NCBI GenBank assembly: GCA_951406725.2
Contig: OX597816.1
Coordinates: forward strand, 62,186,001-62,250,000
Direction of reading: 5' to 3'
DNA length: 64,000 bases
Source: Octopus vulgaris
Lineage: Eukaryota
Shown one piece after another: positions 26,170 to 39,029 of the stretch. The notes under the pieces are model-generated. The model was not told the DNA's origin. It worked only from the letters and a program-made list of their open reading frames with translations, and ran no database searches. Position 1 is the stretch's first letter; each line of letters begins with the position of its first letter. The translations under genes were made by a program, and so were the position numbers.

Positions 26170-26687
26170 TTATATATATGTATGTATATATATAAATATA
26201 TATGTTACTTATAGTGAGATATTTCAGGTTTGTATGTGTTTTACAAGAGTCTTCACGTACCGTTCGCTAAATCTATTTAGATGAAAATCGGATTCTTTTA
26301 TTGAAGTTTTACTGTCAGGAGAAGCGAAATATCAGTTTAGCATAATTTTACTCTTCTTCCTTTCTTCTTAATTTTGTTGTTGCATAATCTCAGTTGTACA
26401 ACGGAAATCTTGTGCAAAAGATTTCAGCCGAAAAACGTTCTATCTGTGACCGGTCCATTTTATTCAACATAATGTGTCCGAGATAATTTTTGTCATGCTG
26501 CCGGTCTTTAAATGTATTACAGAGCGATTTAAGATAGAAATAGCAGTTATTTCAAGTTTACTAACAAGTGGTCAGTTATTCCCTTGTAGCTATGTCTTGT
26601 GCACAATTTTCAGCAATCAGTTAAAACGCAATATGTATATAATTTTCCGTTACTTTAATTTTTTTTACTAATGTAGAACTTGCATAG

Positions 26688-27140
26688 GATGGTAAATTGG
26701 CAGAAGCATGGCTGTTGGAAAAAAAAACCCCGAAAACGAAAACCAAAACTTCCAACATTTATTCCGACTCTTTACATTCTGCGTTCCAATCCCGCTTATG
26801 TGAAAGGTGTCTTTCGTGTTTTCAGACTCGATAAATTAAAGTACCACTGTACCGGTGAAACACTGAGTCGATTAATCAGCCAACCCACTTTCATTAAAAT
26901 TGCTGGTTTTCTGCCAAGGTTTCGAAACTTAGGTACAACGTTGTAGTCATTATATGGACGGTTGACTGGTGGTATTGTTAGAACGTCGATCTAAATGTTT
27001 TGCAATATTTATATGGGCTTCTACGTTACCGGTTCATATCCTGTCGAGATAACTGGCTTACAGGATTTCAGTTCTGGGTTAAATGGTATCGACTAAGTCG
27101 GCCTTCCAAAATTTACTGGCATTGCGCCTAAATTACAAAT
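26688..27140 (+). mobile_element. Two old SINE family A-like copies
   Basis: Degenerate heads and GTCTTTCGT..CTCGATAAATTAAAGTACCA core. Confidence 0.55.
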
Positions 27141-27156
27141 CGTTATTATTGTGACT

Positions 27157-27468
27157 GTGGAAGCACATGGCCTAGTGGTTAGAGCAGCGGACTCGTGGTC
27201 GAGGGATCGCGGGTTCGAATCTCAGACCGGGCGATGTGTGTGTGTTTATAAACGAAACACCTAAGCTCCACGTGGCTCCGGCAAAAGGTAATGGCGAACT
27301 TATGCTGACTCTTTCGCCACAACTTTCTCTCACTCTTTTCTCCTGCATCTTACAGATCACCTGCGACGGACCGGCGTCCTGTCTTGGTGGGGAACCTATA
27401 CGCAAAGGAAGCTGGGAAACCGGTCCTTATGAGCCAGGTCTGGCTCGAGAAGGAACAAACAACAATTA
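27157..27468 (+). mobile_element. tRNA-derived SINE family C variant
   Basis: TGGCCTAGTGGTTAGAGC (A box), GGTTCGAATCTC (B box), CTGCGACGGACCGGCGTCC body, (AAC)-type tail. Confidence 0.85.
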
Positions 27469-27469
27469 T

Positions 27470-27745
27470 TGTGAGGTTATGAGTTCGATTCCCTCATCGG
27501 GCAATGTGTTGTGTTCTTAAGCAAGACACTTCAGTTTACTCAGCTGTAGAAATGATTTGCTACGTCACTGGTGCCAAGCTGTATCAGCATCTGCCTTTCT
27601 CTTGGATAACATTGACGTGGATAGGGTAGGCATGGCCAACTGATGGTCTTCCATAAACGACATTTGCCAGACTTTTGCGTAGTAGGGGACCTTTCTCGGT
27701 GCAAGTCCATGGTCATTCCTAACCGAAGGGTGTCTTTATGTTATA
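27470..27745 (+). mobile_element. Further SINE fragment (B box plus body)
   Basis: GAGTTCGATTCC...GTGTTCTTAAGCAAGACACTT, sharing the post-head block of family C. Confidence 0.6.
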
Positions 27746-28739
27746 GTTACAATTTTTGTTCTATAAACTCAGGTTACTCTAATCCAACAGCCTTAAGATG
27801 TAAGGTATTTCAGCCATCTTCATGAAATCACTTTGTGTACCTAAAACTAAATTTTCTACACCTAGACATTTATTAACAGAGAAAAATATCTCTCCTCCTT
27901 TATTCCGGACAAGTTATTAGCTTACAATTATTTCTATTGATATAAGTTTAGACACTACTAAGCTGTTCTATCATTCTTGCATAACAGTGCAAGAAGGGAC
28001 AAAATGTTTAATTCATTAATAATGCTCTACACAGCGGTAATCGCTAAATTACTAGCGTCACTAAACGAAAAAAAGAATATATATTATTTGTTTCCTTTCT
28101 CCAAGAGGCAATATCCAGTTTATTAACATGTGCTTGAATTAGCTATTCAGTATAACACCTTCAAACTGAGTTACCTAAATTCTTACCAGCAAACCATTAC
28201 ATTTATTTCCATTCGTGTCATTTTAGAGATACAGAAATTTCTACAATCGGCTCTGTTTTCAAATCATTTTCTACAAGTGGAAGTTCATTCATTGACTAAA
28301 GTTAGAATGGGAAGTCTATCCTTTTCTGATGAGGTCTAAGAAAATTGAAATACATCCAGAACTGTCAGACAATGAAGTTTATACATGGTCCTCTCTCAGC
28401 ATGAAAATGAAATGTTCTCTGAGATTGTTTATTTCTTTATATCTCCCCTTTATTTAAGATTTTTTTTTTAACATTTACGTTTAGCCTTTTGTTATTTCTA
28501 TAATTAAGAGGAAGGTGGAAAATTGACAGGATTGCTAGAGCGAATGATGGAGTGTCTACTTTGTGGGAATTTCCCCATCTATGTGTGAGCTAAGTTTAAA
28601 TCTCATTGATGCCAACTTTGCTTTTCGTCTATTCAGGGTCAATGGAAATGTATCGATCCAGAACTGTGGATTGCTGTAAGAGTTATGTATGCTGCGACAA
28701 TTTGCCTGCTGACATCAACAACTGCGACGACACTGGTTC

Positions 28740-28970
28740 CCACAGTACCAATCTTGTTCAAGTCGGCAATTTCTTCTTTAAACTTTGGTCAGATGTCTAA
28801 AGAAGACTTGCAAGCATGGATAATTGCTAGTGTACCTCAAAAGCCTCGCCGAAGTTTCAGCATACGTGTGCAGATGTATGGTTAATTCCGGCGACGGATA
28901 TCCTACAACGTTACATTTCGATCGATGAGAAGCGTTCTGTATGCATCGTTGAATACATCATTGCCTATTT
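28740..28970 (-). pseudogene. Decayed Helitron PIF1-like helicase fragment
   Basis: Minus strand AMMY..DAY..L*DIRRRN*P..GTLAIIHAC-KSS..I*PKF resembles the DIR..N.PFGG / GT.A..I.AC.KSS.LW block of PIF1-type helicases. Confidence 0.45.
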
Positions 28971-30762
28971 TAATTGACTAAGTTCATTGGATTACACAAG
29001 AAAATTAATAGTCTGAACATATTTGAAAATGAACGCAGGTAATTAATGTGTGAAGTAGGTGGCACGGATGAGAGTACTGTACTATTACGAAAATGCAGAC
29101 ATCTCGTAGCATATATTTAAGTTATAATAGTAAATGTCAGGTGGACAAGAAAGATACCTGGAAAATTGAAGACGAGACTGGAGGAAGCGGTGTAAGTCGT
29201 TAATTTTATAAAACCTAACCAGTTTAATTCTCGAATAAATCCATTTTACCGTTTCTTTTAATATTTAACATTTATCGTACTTGTCCAACATCTAAATTGT
29301 TAATGCAGTTCTATATTTAAGAGATTAGGAATTATGCACATTATTTACATTTGACGGATATTTGTTCATACAAATTATTCCCAGGTAAATGCCCATGTTG
29401 TCACAAAAGTATTTTAGGAATAGAGCTGGTAGTGGTACGTTTTGTTATTATTTCTAGCTGATTGCCTGACAGCGTAAATGGCCTTTATTTTTGACTTGTT
29501 GCGATAGATGATATGGTTAATCTAAATGTTTCGATTATTATCATCTTATACTTGATAGTAGTTTATTCAATATATATCTGAAAAATATGTAAGTTACGTT
29601 AAAATAATTAATGAAGTGAACAAAAACAAAAGAATAACATTAACTGAACTTGATTACAAAAAAAAAAAAAAATCCAACGACTAAACTAACTTTAGAACAA
29701 GTACGATAGATAAGTGTTAACATGTTACGTGCTTTTATTTTCTTTTGGCTCATTAGCATTTTTTTCTGAACTAATCTTGGAAGAACCATCATATAATTTT
29801 ACGAGATTGTTCACTGGTTGAACAACGTAATTATTTAAAGAAGGAACCCAGGGAGGCAATCCACGTTTGTTTTAACAGGTTTAATGGAAGCTGTATTAAA
29901 ATTCTATGATCAGGTCATCATAATCTAGAAATACGTCCAGTGTTGTCCCTTGCCTCGCCATACCTCCTGAAATAATTAGAAAAATATTAGTCATTGACTA
30001 ATATATTTTCTCTCACTGCTTAATTATTTCTAATTATTTATTAAATATATTGACTATTTAATCTAACTATGTTAATTTAACTATGGTATTTTATGTGTAC
30101 GGCATTCGTGAATAATAGATTACCTGAAATTGAACGCTGCAAATGAGAATGCTGAAAAAGAATGAGACGCTAGAGCAGTTAATATAGAAAGCTAGAGGTA
30201 AGGTTGTTCCATGCGTTAGCGTATCAACAGAAAACTGCATGCGATGGTGATGCTTGCACATACATGTTACAGTAAAGGCGGTTTACAGCTCCATATATCG
30301 AACTGGAGAATGTAGGAGAGTAATAAAGGAACAGATGAAAAATGGATAAAAACTTGAAGGGATGATATTAACAGTCGACAGGTTGTTTATCTTTAAAATC
30401 TAGCAACCGAAGAAACTGTCATTATCAATATACAGAATGTCCTTTTTAAACGATACATGTATATGTTATTCTTAGTCTGTAGATCTCGTCAGGTGTCCTC
30501 AAACCTTGGTCATAAATTCGATGAACGCTAACTATTCGTCAAATATCTGAAGGAAATTATGTTCATGCTGGATCCTTTGAGGAGCCTGCATATCCCAATC
30601 CTTGACACACAGCTTCGGTTGCCGAATGCTCACGTTAATGAAGGGTTGGGGAGTCTAGTTAGCAATCAGCATGCGCGTTACTTTTCTCGCCTCATCTTGA
30701 AGTGCTGAGTTTCACTTTAGTATCTTTTGTATCCCCCCAACAGCGAGATCATTAAAGCAAAG

Positions 30763-30807
<45 letters not shown>

Positions 30808-30817
30808 ATATATATAT

Positions 30818-31228
30818 ACGAGCAAAGCGCGCCCCGTCCAGTGGACAGTGCTGAGTTGTCAAATATTTAAATCAAATTTTCTCAAAACAACTTGTCCGAC
30901 CGTCCCGTAGGCCTCCCCTTTGAGAAACACTGATTTAACCTAAATTTGAGACACCAGCAAAAGAAGAATTAAAGACAGACTTTTTTCTATTCCAAAGAAA
31001 AACGTTTTTATTCACACAAATATGCAACCGAAGAGTTTAAAGTACTTACGCGTACAAATGCATGTTCCCATGCCTTTATCGATTGCATTCTCACCTGGAA
31101 TCGATTTTTGTAATTTTTTGAAGACTTATACACGTCCTGATATCGTCGGTATCTACATATCAAATTTGAGAGGAATCGGGTGGAGGGTGCCCGAGATCCG
31201 AGAAGAGACACACAGACACAACGGATTT

Positions 31229-31240
<12 letters not shown>
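30818..31240 (-). mobile_element. Non-autonomous Helitron-like element
   Basis: Minus begins TATTATATAAAATCC..GTGTCTGTGTGTC..CCGATTCCTCTCAAATTTG (cf. 14093-14111) and ends with hairpin CTGTCC-act-GGACGG then CTCG|T. Confidence 0.5.
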
Positions 31241-31320
<80 letters not shown>

Positions 31321-32284
31321 GATTTTGGCTGTTGTAGATAGATTTGGACAATGTCTACGCAGGCGGAAATAAGTGTCCACAACTGTCCTCTCATCTCCAG
31401 ACAACAAGCCTGTCTTTGCATCATTGGTATATCAACATTTGGACTATTCTAATTTGCTTAAATCATCATCGGAGACAGTTTTAATAGCACAAGAACTTTT
31501 GCCACATCAATTCAACTCTCTACTCGACGTCACCTATTTTCCGCTCATTTCTTAAAATACATTTATCCTGATCACACCTTCATTCCAACATTTTCTTATC
31601 TTATGCCATTAATCTGATTAATATAATTTAATATAGCAGTATGTTTTTTTTCTGGAAGCCGCTTAATATAAGCACGACTAATTTTTCAGCTCGTTATTGT
31701 CATCATAGTAAGTGCAAAAACTCATTATTAGCTTAACAGTATCCATGTATTATTACTGAAAGTGCTTCATGCTAAATGATCGGTGTAAGCGGTAACCGAT
31801 ATAAAACAATATAGGGACAACTTTGAGTGTGGGGCTAATAATTTCCAAGCGCAATTTTGTGCTAACATAACACCATTGGACGGTATTATGGCTATGAGTC
31901 TAAAACATAATTTCGGGTTGACCAAAATTTGTGAAAGAACTATAGGTGAACGGAAATAGTGCGAATGGTATGTATACATACATACATGGGGAACTGGGAT
32001 ATGTAACACGCTGCCTAAATACAAATCTTGAGAATTAGGTTTCTCAAAACGAGAAAGAAGAAAGCTGATCCGAAGACTAAAGATCCAATCCATCACTGGA
32101 ATCGTGAAAGTCTGTAAAACTTTCCTGAAGTTTATCATTTAAATATATATATGAGCATGTCTAGATATGCAACTGTAATGCATGAGAATACATAAATAAA
32201 GCCAAACATACAAATCTACACACATACTTACATAGATACATACATACATGCATACATAGATACATACAATACATAGATACATAC

Positions 32285-32635
32285 ATTATTATGGCTGCCC
32301 CCTCATTATCGAGTATGGCCATTGCACGAAGCTTAATTGTTACTGGTGCTGTGATCGAATGTGACTTTTTAGCCCAGCTAAAGATCTACAATGTCTTGTA
32401 CAGAATTGGCAACTAATACCTTTACCGGTAATAGTCGGCTGTAGTTGTAACTGGGCTTCATGTATCTTTGCATGTCGTTTAAGTCCTCCTGCCGAATTAC
32501 ACTCTCTTCCACATGCCTGACAGATATGATTAGTATGGTGTGTTATACCACCACCAGTGGCTAGGTTGTCACTCATTTGTCTCGCTTTATGACTACGAAG
32601 ATGACTCTTGAGTCCAGCTTTACTGAGGCAGGGTC

Positions 32636-32638
<3 letters not shown>
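32285..32638 (-). mobile_element. RTE (BovB-like) LINE 3' fragment encoding tandem C2H2 fingers
   Basis: RPCLSKAGLKSHLRSH / CQACGRECNSAGGLKRHAKIH / CQFCTRHCRSLAGLKSHIRSQH*, then short 3' end ATGGCCATACTCGATAATGAGGGGGCAGCC(ATA)n. Inserted in (ATAC)n. Confidence 0.75.
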
Positions 32639-32666
<28 letters not shown>

Positions 32667-32832
32667 CATACATACATACATACATACAAATAAATATACC
32701 TTGTTGATGTTGAAATTCCAATGAAGGACCTTTGGATCTAGGCTAGAAACAGGCTCTTTCTCTATTGGCAAGAAATCTCGAAATAAAACTGAACAATCAC
32801 ATACATACATATTTACACGCACATACAATAAG

Positions 32833-32990
32833 CATGAGGGACTGTATAGTAAGACGCTTGCTTCCCAAGCACATCGTTCCGAGTTCAATTCCAGTGCGTG
32901 GCGTCTTGGGTAAGTGTCTTCTCCTATGGCCTCAGACCGACCAGAGCCTTGTGAGTTTGTTTGGAAGACGGAAACTGAAAGAAGCCCATA
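32833..32990 (+). mobile_element. SINE family B head
   Basis: GAGTTCAATTCCAGTGCGTGGCGTCTTGGGTAAGTGTCTTCT...GACGGAAACTGAAAGAAGCCC. Confidence 0.8.
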
Positions 32991-33904
32991 GTAATAATAA
33001 TTAACAAGCCAGGGACGGAATTTTTCTTGTTTCCTGGTACCTTAATTGTAGAACATTTTTTTTTCAGTATCATATGAGTAAGAAAAAAAAAAAGTATCAT
33101 AAGATCTGAGACCTGACTTGAATGCTGTAATAATGCAAACTCCGCAACGGACGCCTTGTAATCAGATGGGGGCTTTAAAACGGATGATGGATTAAGAGTA
33201 CCTCCCAAGAAGGCGGAAAACTAAGATCTTACAAAGTTTCCATTTACCAAATATTTGTGACAAGGATTAGGAAGATTCGAGGCTATGGTAGCAGATCCAT
33301 GTAGTGAGATTGAATTCGAAACCAAGTAATTGTGGAGCGAGATTCTTAAACCTTGGCTGAAATACGGGAAACTAGTGAAAAGGTAAAAGAAATAGAGCAG
33401 TTGAAGGCTTTCATTAAATTCTATTTAATGGTTTCTCTTTCCTGTAATTTTTGCTGACAAGGAATAACTCATTTTATTAAAATAGAATTCAAAGATTTTA
33501 CAAATATTTTTGTTTTCTTCTTTTAAAGTAGAATTCTGATAACAATGTTTTTTGTTAAAGGTATTCAGTGATTACATTGTTACCTTGAAGATAACAAAGT
33601 TGATGCTGGCCCCGAGCCTAGAGCATTGGACTAAATCTATTACAGTATTAAGTTACTTCACTTCAATTCTGAATCCTTGTCTTTGCGGATTTGGTTTTTC
33701 CTTTCTTAGCCTAGAGCTCATTGAAATAAAACTAACCATCAAAAATGTGAATAGTCTAAAGACATTATCATTATTCAGAATAATATATTTCAGTTACGGT
33801 GGAAAAACTACAGCCGAATATCAACTATGTATATCTCCAACGTGAATAAATCTAACCACACAGATCTAATAATGCATTGGTATGTGTACGGTAAACGATA
33901 AATG

Positions 33905-34073
33905 TCGCCCTTTTCAAGCCTAACCAGGCTCGTGGGTCCGGTTTCCCGGTTTCTGTGGCGTATGTGTCCCCCATCAGCTTGACGGGACGCCAGTCCATCG
34001 CAGCGTTACTCAAGAAACAGGAAGAAAGACTGAGAGAAAGTGGTGGCGAAAGAGTACAACAGGAGTCGCCACC
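33905..34073 (-). mobile_element. SINE family C 3' part
   Basis: Reverse complement of GAGTAACGCTGCGATGGACTGGCGTCCCGTC...GAAACCGGGAAACCGG. Confidence 0.8.
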
Positions 34074-34490
34074 ACTTTTATGTGTCCAAGCATATGTGCT
34101 GCTTCTTTTAGTTTTCGTATTTTCCAGTCTATTATTTCTCTGTCTATTATTTTAACTTCATCCCACAGGGGGAGGTGGTCTCCATTTTCCCATACATGAC
34201 CAGCTATACTCGATTTATCAATATTTCCTCGTGTCACAGATTTGCGATGTTCCTGTATCCTTATTTTGAAGGAGCGGCATATTTCGCCTTTGTATAACCC
34301 ACTACTGCTGCATGGGCTGGAGCACACGCAGTGTTTGGTCATATTCTCTTCTATTCGTGATTTTACTCGGAGATATTTGCAAAGTGTTGTATTACTCTTG
34401 AATACTGTCCTGATATCATATGGGCCGCATGTCTTCTGCATCTTTTCGGAGAGGCGTTTCATATAGTGTAGACAGACTGTGGAAAGTTAA
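34074..34490 (-). pseudogene. Penelope-like (Poseidon-type) GIY-YIG endonuclease fragment
   Basis: LSEKMQKTCGPYDIRTVF..CVCSSPCS..LYKGE.CRSFKIRIQEH..KSSIAGHVW..H.PLWDEVKIIDRE..RKLKEA. Confidence 0.85.
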
Positions 34491-37439
34491 ATTTAGAGTA
34501 ACCTGAAGCAATTCACGATAAACTGTTCTGACCAAAAACATGATGAAACATAACATATTTAGATTCATGTTTCGTGAGCAGGTTGTCCAGTACTTTGTCC
34601 ATTCGGTCAGTTAGTCACGATGATTCTGTTGTTGTTATCGTTGCTATATAACCTCAGGCCAGCTCAAATTACGAAGCAAACTTATGATGAAGGCCATTCT
34701 AATTGAGACAATCGTGTATTTTATTTCAGATGTAGAAAATCTAAATCTTCATTATGTAATACATCGTCTGTTGTTTTTCCGAGACAGCACTGTACGATTT
34801 GTTGGGGATTTCAATGCTTGCTTTAGGAGATCTAGCGATCAATAAGATACTGCCTAATTTACAGGTTGCCTCTTTAATAGTTAGTTAACCTTGACTTTAG
34901 TTAATCTTCAATTTTTTCGGAGAGAAACGTTTTGTAATAATTGAAGTAATGACAGTAATTATATCATCATCACATTTACCTTTAATGCGTAGCCATTAAA
35001 GTGGCTACGAATAAACTATGTTCTTTAAGCAGGAAGCCGTGAAATATTATACTTAAAAAGAAGAGTCTAATGAATGCCTAATAGTTACTTTATCTAATAA
35101 AATATATTATTCTTCCTTTATATTTCTATTAAGTTCTATAGGTATAACAATCAGAAACGTGACGATCGTACTTATTGAACAATTTAAATATCACTTGAAT
35201 ATACTTCTCTCTCTCTCTCTCTCTCTCGTCTTCTTCTCTCTCTTTCTCTCCCTCTCTCTGTCTCCCTCCTGTTACTTTGTTACTTTTAGCTGTCTACAAT
35301 CAATGAGTGAGAACAGCTTCCAGCAATTCCCTGAAATATAAAATGAAGTCATAAAATGAGACATTTGAAGGAGGCACTAAAGAACACTAAATGAACAATA
35401 AATAAAAAATAATAAAGGCGAATGTGTTCCAGCAAGGTCAACCCTCGCAACATTGGGAAGCGATTAAAGATATATTTTAGTGTTTGGTATATTCCAAAAC
35501 AGGAAGTGCAGTTTTCAATGATATTTTTGCTGGGCCTTCAAGTTTTAAGCCTGCTTGAGTTATGAAAGAGAGACTTCACCAGGAGAAACTACAGGTACTC
35601 AAGAACTAGCTCCACGGAGCTTCCACATTGTCACAGTTTTCTCATTCTCACTCAAAATTGTCAACGATGGGCTTGGAAACGTGATTGCGAAGCGAGTGTT
35701 TAAGCACGCAACTCTCTCTGCGCACATAGTAAGATAAAGACCTGTGTCGAAGACCATACCTTCGATGACGGCCATATCTGCAAGGATGGAAATGCTTGAG
35801 CTATTCATTCACTTATTGACTCAGGCCGTATTGAAGATTTACAGAAATCTATAAGTTGGATCTCAAGAATATTTCCTATTTCACAGATCCAAAGATTCCT
35901 ATCTAGGTCTCCGACAACAAAGCATATCGAAGGAATATTTTGCACGTATGACCATGAGAAATTATGAGCAAGTGTACCAGCAGTTGAAGCTAAGTTTTGT
36001 GCCTGACAATCTAACACGTGTATTTAGCCGTTGCCTTTATAAGCGTTCTGTTTTTTTTTCTTTTCTTGATGACAGAAAAATGTAGACAAAAAACAAATTC
36101 TTCAAGAGACAAACAATGCAATCACTTAATTGGATTGTCGTTCATGAAACTAAATTATTGTGCAAGTTTTGTTTACCGATTCTTTCTAATTTCTCTCCAC
36201 TTTATTGAGTCTTGTAGCCAAACTGACTGGAAAATTCTGGATATTTTTTGAATTATATACAATTCTGTAATCGCATGAACAGGATAATGGCTCTAATGGA
36301 CTAAAATGGTTGCATATCAAAGAGACAACTTCTGATATTATTCTTATTTTCTTTGCCCTTATTTTTGTTTTCTTATTTTATATTTATTGTTGTTGTTGCA
36401 TCTCTTGTGTTTTTTATAAAATTTTTCTTTGTTTCAGCCATTAAATCTCAGGAGAATCTAGCATTAAAATATTTAGTAAATGGTAATGTTTTTGTTTGGT
36501 TGGTGGAGGAATGGCGAGGCTGTATGTTCTTTTAATTCGCTTATTTTCCATAACTGAAAACTGAAGAGCTTATTTCTTCGTATTTTTGTATTACAATTCA
36601 TTAGGTATTACTATTATTATTATTAGTAGTAGCAGTATTATTATTTGTAGTAGTAGTAGTAGTAGTAGTAGTAGTAATAATAATACTAATAATAATAATC
36701 TTATCATCTTTATTATTATTGTTGCTATTAATATTGTTATATGCGTATGTACTTTGCACGCACACGCGTGTATCTTTTATGTAACAGATACTGTCTCTGT
36801 GTACATACCTACGTATAAAAATATATGGAAGTACATGTATATTATATATACACACTTGTATACACAAACACATTGATACTATTAGACAAATTACATAAAC
36901 ACACATTTATGTGATTTTTTGTACATGTAAATATATACATATGTGTGTGTGTGTGTGTGTGTGTGTGTCTGTATGCTGTGTGTGCGTATGATATATGTGG
37001 AGAGAATGTCTGCATGAATGAAAATAAAATGTAAAACCATGTTATGCGTCGTCGATGGTGATTGTTGAAACCAAAATATATAAAGATTGACGTGGATATG
37101 ACGAATCAAATGTACAAGTTCATTTTACGAAATTTCAGTTAAAAAATTTATATTATGATGCTAAATATATTTACTGTTGATATCTGTACATGGAAAAAAT
37201 AAAACAAAACAAAAAACATGGTAAAATTATTCTATTACATCATCGTAAGTACTGCCAAAAATATTTTTACTGTCTCAGAAAGCTTACGTTTGTGGAGTTT
37301 TTAGAGCACAATATTGAACAAAAGTTGTTACACTATCTATTTACTGCTCATAGAAACTGAGTTCAGATCAGAGACAGTCAATCTGGATTTTCCTCGGGGG
37401 ATCAATGATATAAGCACTTGTAATATGATAAAGGAGTTG

Positions 37440-37655
37440 AAGGCGATAAGCTGACAGAATCTTTAGCGCCTCGGACAAAAATCTTTTGCGGTATGGCTTC
37501 TGGTGTTTTCCATTCTGAGTTCAAATTCCATGGAGGTCAACTTCGATTTTCATTCTTTCAGAATCGATAAAATAAATTATCGGCCAAGTAGTGGAATCGA
37601 TGTAATCGACTTTTCTTCCAACTATAAAAATTACTGGCTTTGGGCCAAAATTTGA
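37440..37655 (+). mobile_element. SINE family A, diverged
   Basis: AGGCGATAAGCTGACAGAATC..TTCTGAGTTCAAATTCC..GAATCGATAAAATAAA. Confidence 0.8.
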
Positions 37656-37711
37656 TGATAGGGAAGGTTAATCAATTCAATTACATCTTAACTTGTTTAT
37701 TTCAATTTCAG

Positions 37712-37761
37712 ATCTAATCGATCCTTTACAGTTACGGCCATTTCCATGGTGTCCATAAGGA
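37712..37761 (+). other. Candidate 50-nt host exon
   Basis: CTTAAC..TTTATTTCAATTTCAG acceptor and GGA|GTAAGT donor; contains TCCATGG. No protein similarity recognised. Confidence 0.3.
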
Positions 37762-38086
37762 GTAAGTTATTGACCGATTTGTGCCTCCGTCCTGTGGCTC
37801 TTTCTATGATGCACTGTGGCTGCAAAGAGAATCGCTTCAAGGCTACCATATTAGTAATTGTGAAATGTGATCCGTGGAGTGCTACCTTCTTTTGTGTAGA
37901 TCTTCATGGAAGTAATAGCTGTTATTTATATAAGCAGAGTTGCTTACAAGTTCGAAACATGTAGTCAAAGCAGAGAAAGAGTGAGAGCGAAGTAGAGTAA
38001 GAGACGGTAGGGTAGAAAAAGAAAGGAAGAGAGAGGTAGAAAGAAGTTGTAAATGTGTAAAAAACATAAATATGTGCATGCGTATT

Positions 38087-38126
<40 letters not shown>

Positions 38127-38139
38127 CATACCTATGCAG

Positions 38140-38182
<43 letters not shown>

Positions 38183-38606
38183 AATCGTGGATGGTTTAAT
38201 ATTAGAGCACCGACTACTGCGGTGTCCACCTTAAGGGGCCCTCTTATATAAACACATGGTGCAAATAGCAAACACACATATAGAAGTAGACGAGAACAGT
38301 CTGACATTGGTGCCAGAACCACCTGATCATCTGATTTCAAGGTACGGCATTCCCTCGGTGGCGGGCGTCCAGTTGCCGTATACCAGCCAGTTCTCGCCGC
38401 TGTCAGTATATAGAACAACCGTGTATTTTCACTCACTGATGTCGCACATACACAAAGGATCCTCTAGTTATTGTTATTCCGTTGCTCATTTCGAATCATT
38501 ATGCTACACTAGAGAGTGCATCCTGATGAACAGTGAAAAGAACGTTTCTAGTGGTTTCGATCCCCATTCAGAGCTTGCAAAAAGTCCTGTTTCTAACCAC
38601 TGAGCC
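38183..38606 (-). mobile_element. Single-copy tRNA-headed element ending in (TA)n
   Basis: Minus head GGCTCAGTGGTTAGA (A box) ... GGATCGAAACC (B box); GC-richer body. Confidence 0.55.
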
Positions 38607-39029
38607 TAATTTCACAGTGAGGCTGAATACATATGGCTATGAGTTCAAATACATATATCATCACTGGAGGTATCATTAATTATCTTTATGAACGATAACA
38701 GAAGAAATAGAAATTCATTTGTATTTCAAATTTTGGTACTATACGGCAAATATCTTTTCGGTAATTAAAGACGTGCCCCAGCATGGCCACAGCTTGTGAG
38801 CTGAAACTAGGTAAAAAAAAAATAAATAAAATAAAAATACATGCTGTTTAAAGAGGGAGAGCTGACTGCATCGATGAAAGTGCTCAACTTGTATATCATA
38901 ATTTATAGGTTGCAAAAAGACAAAATTCAAAGTCGGCTCTTAGAACGTAAATAGTCGGAAGAGATGCGGACTAGAATTTTGTCTGGTGTGCTAAGGATTT
39001 TAGTAGCTTGCCACTTTTTGTAGTGCAAA

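Noticed and set aside
27163-27232. tRNA-like sequence
   Set aside because: It continues into a SINE body and lacks a proper acceptor stem; SINE head, not a tRNA gene.
28322-28352. CTGATGA..GAAA
   Set aside because: No stem II pairing and N17 would be G.
30130-30700. Possible old CR1-like remnant on minus (AWNNL motif)
   Set aside because: Too degraded to support beyond one short motif.
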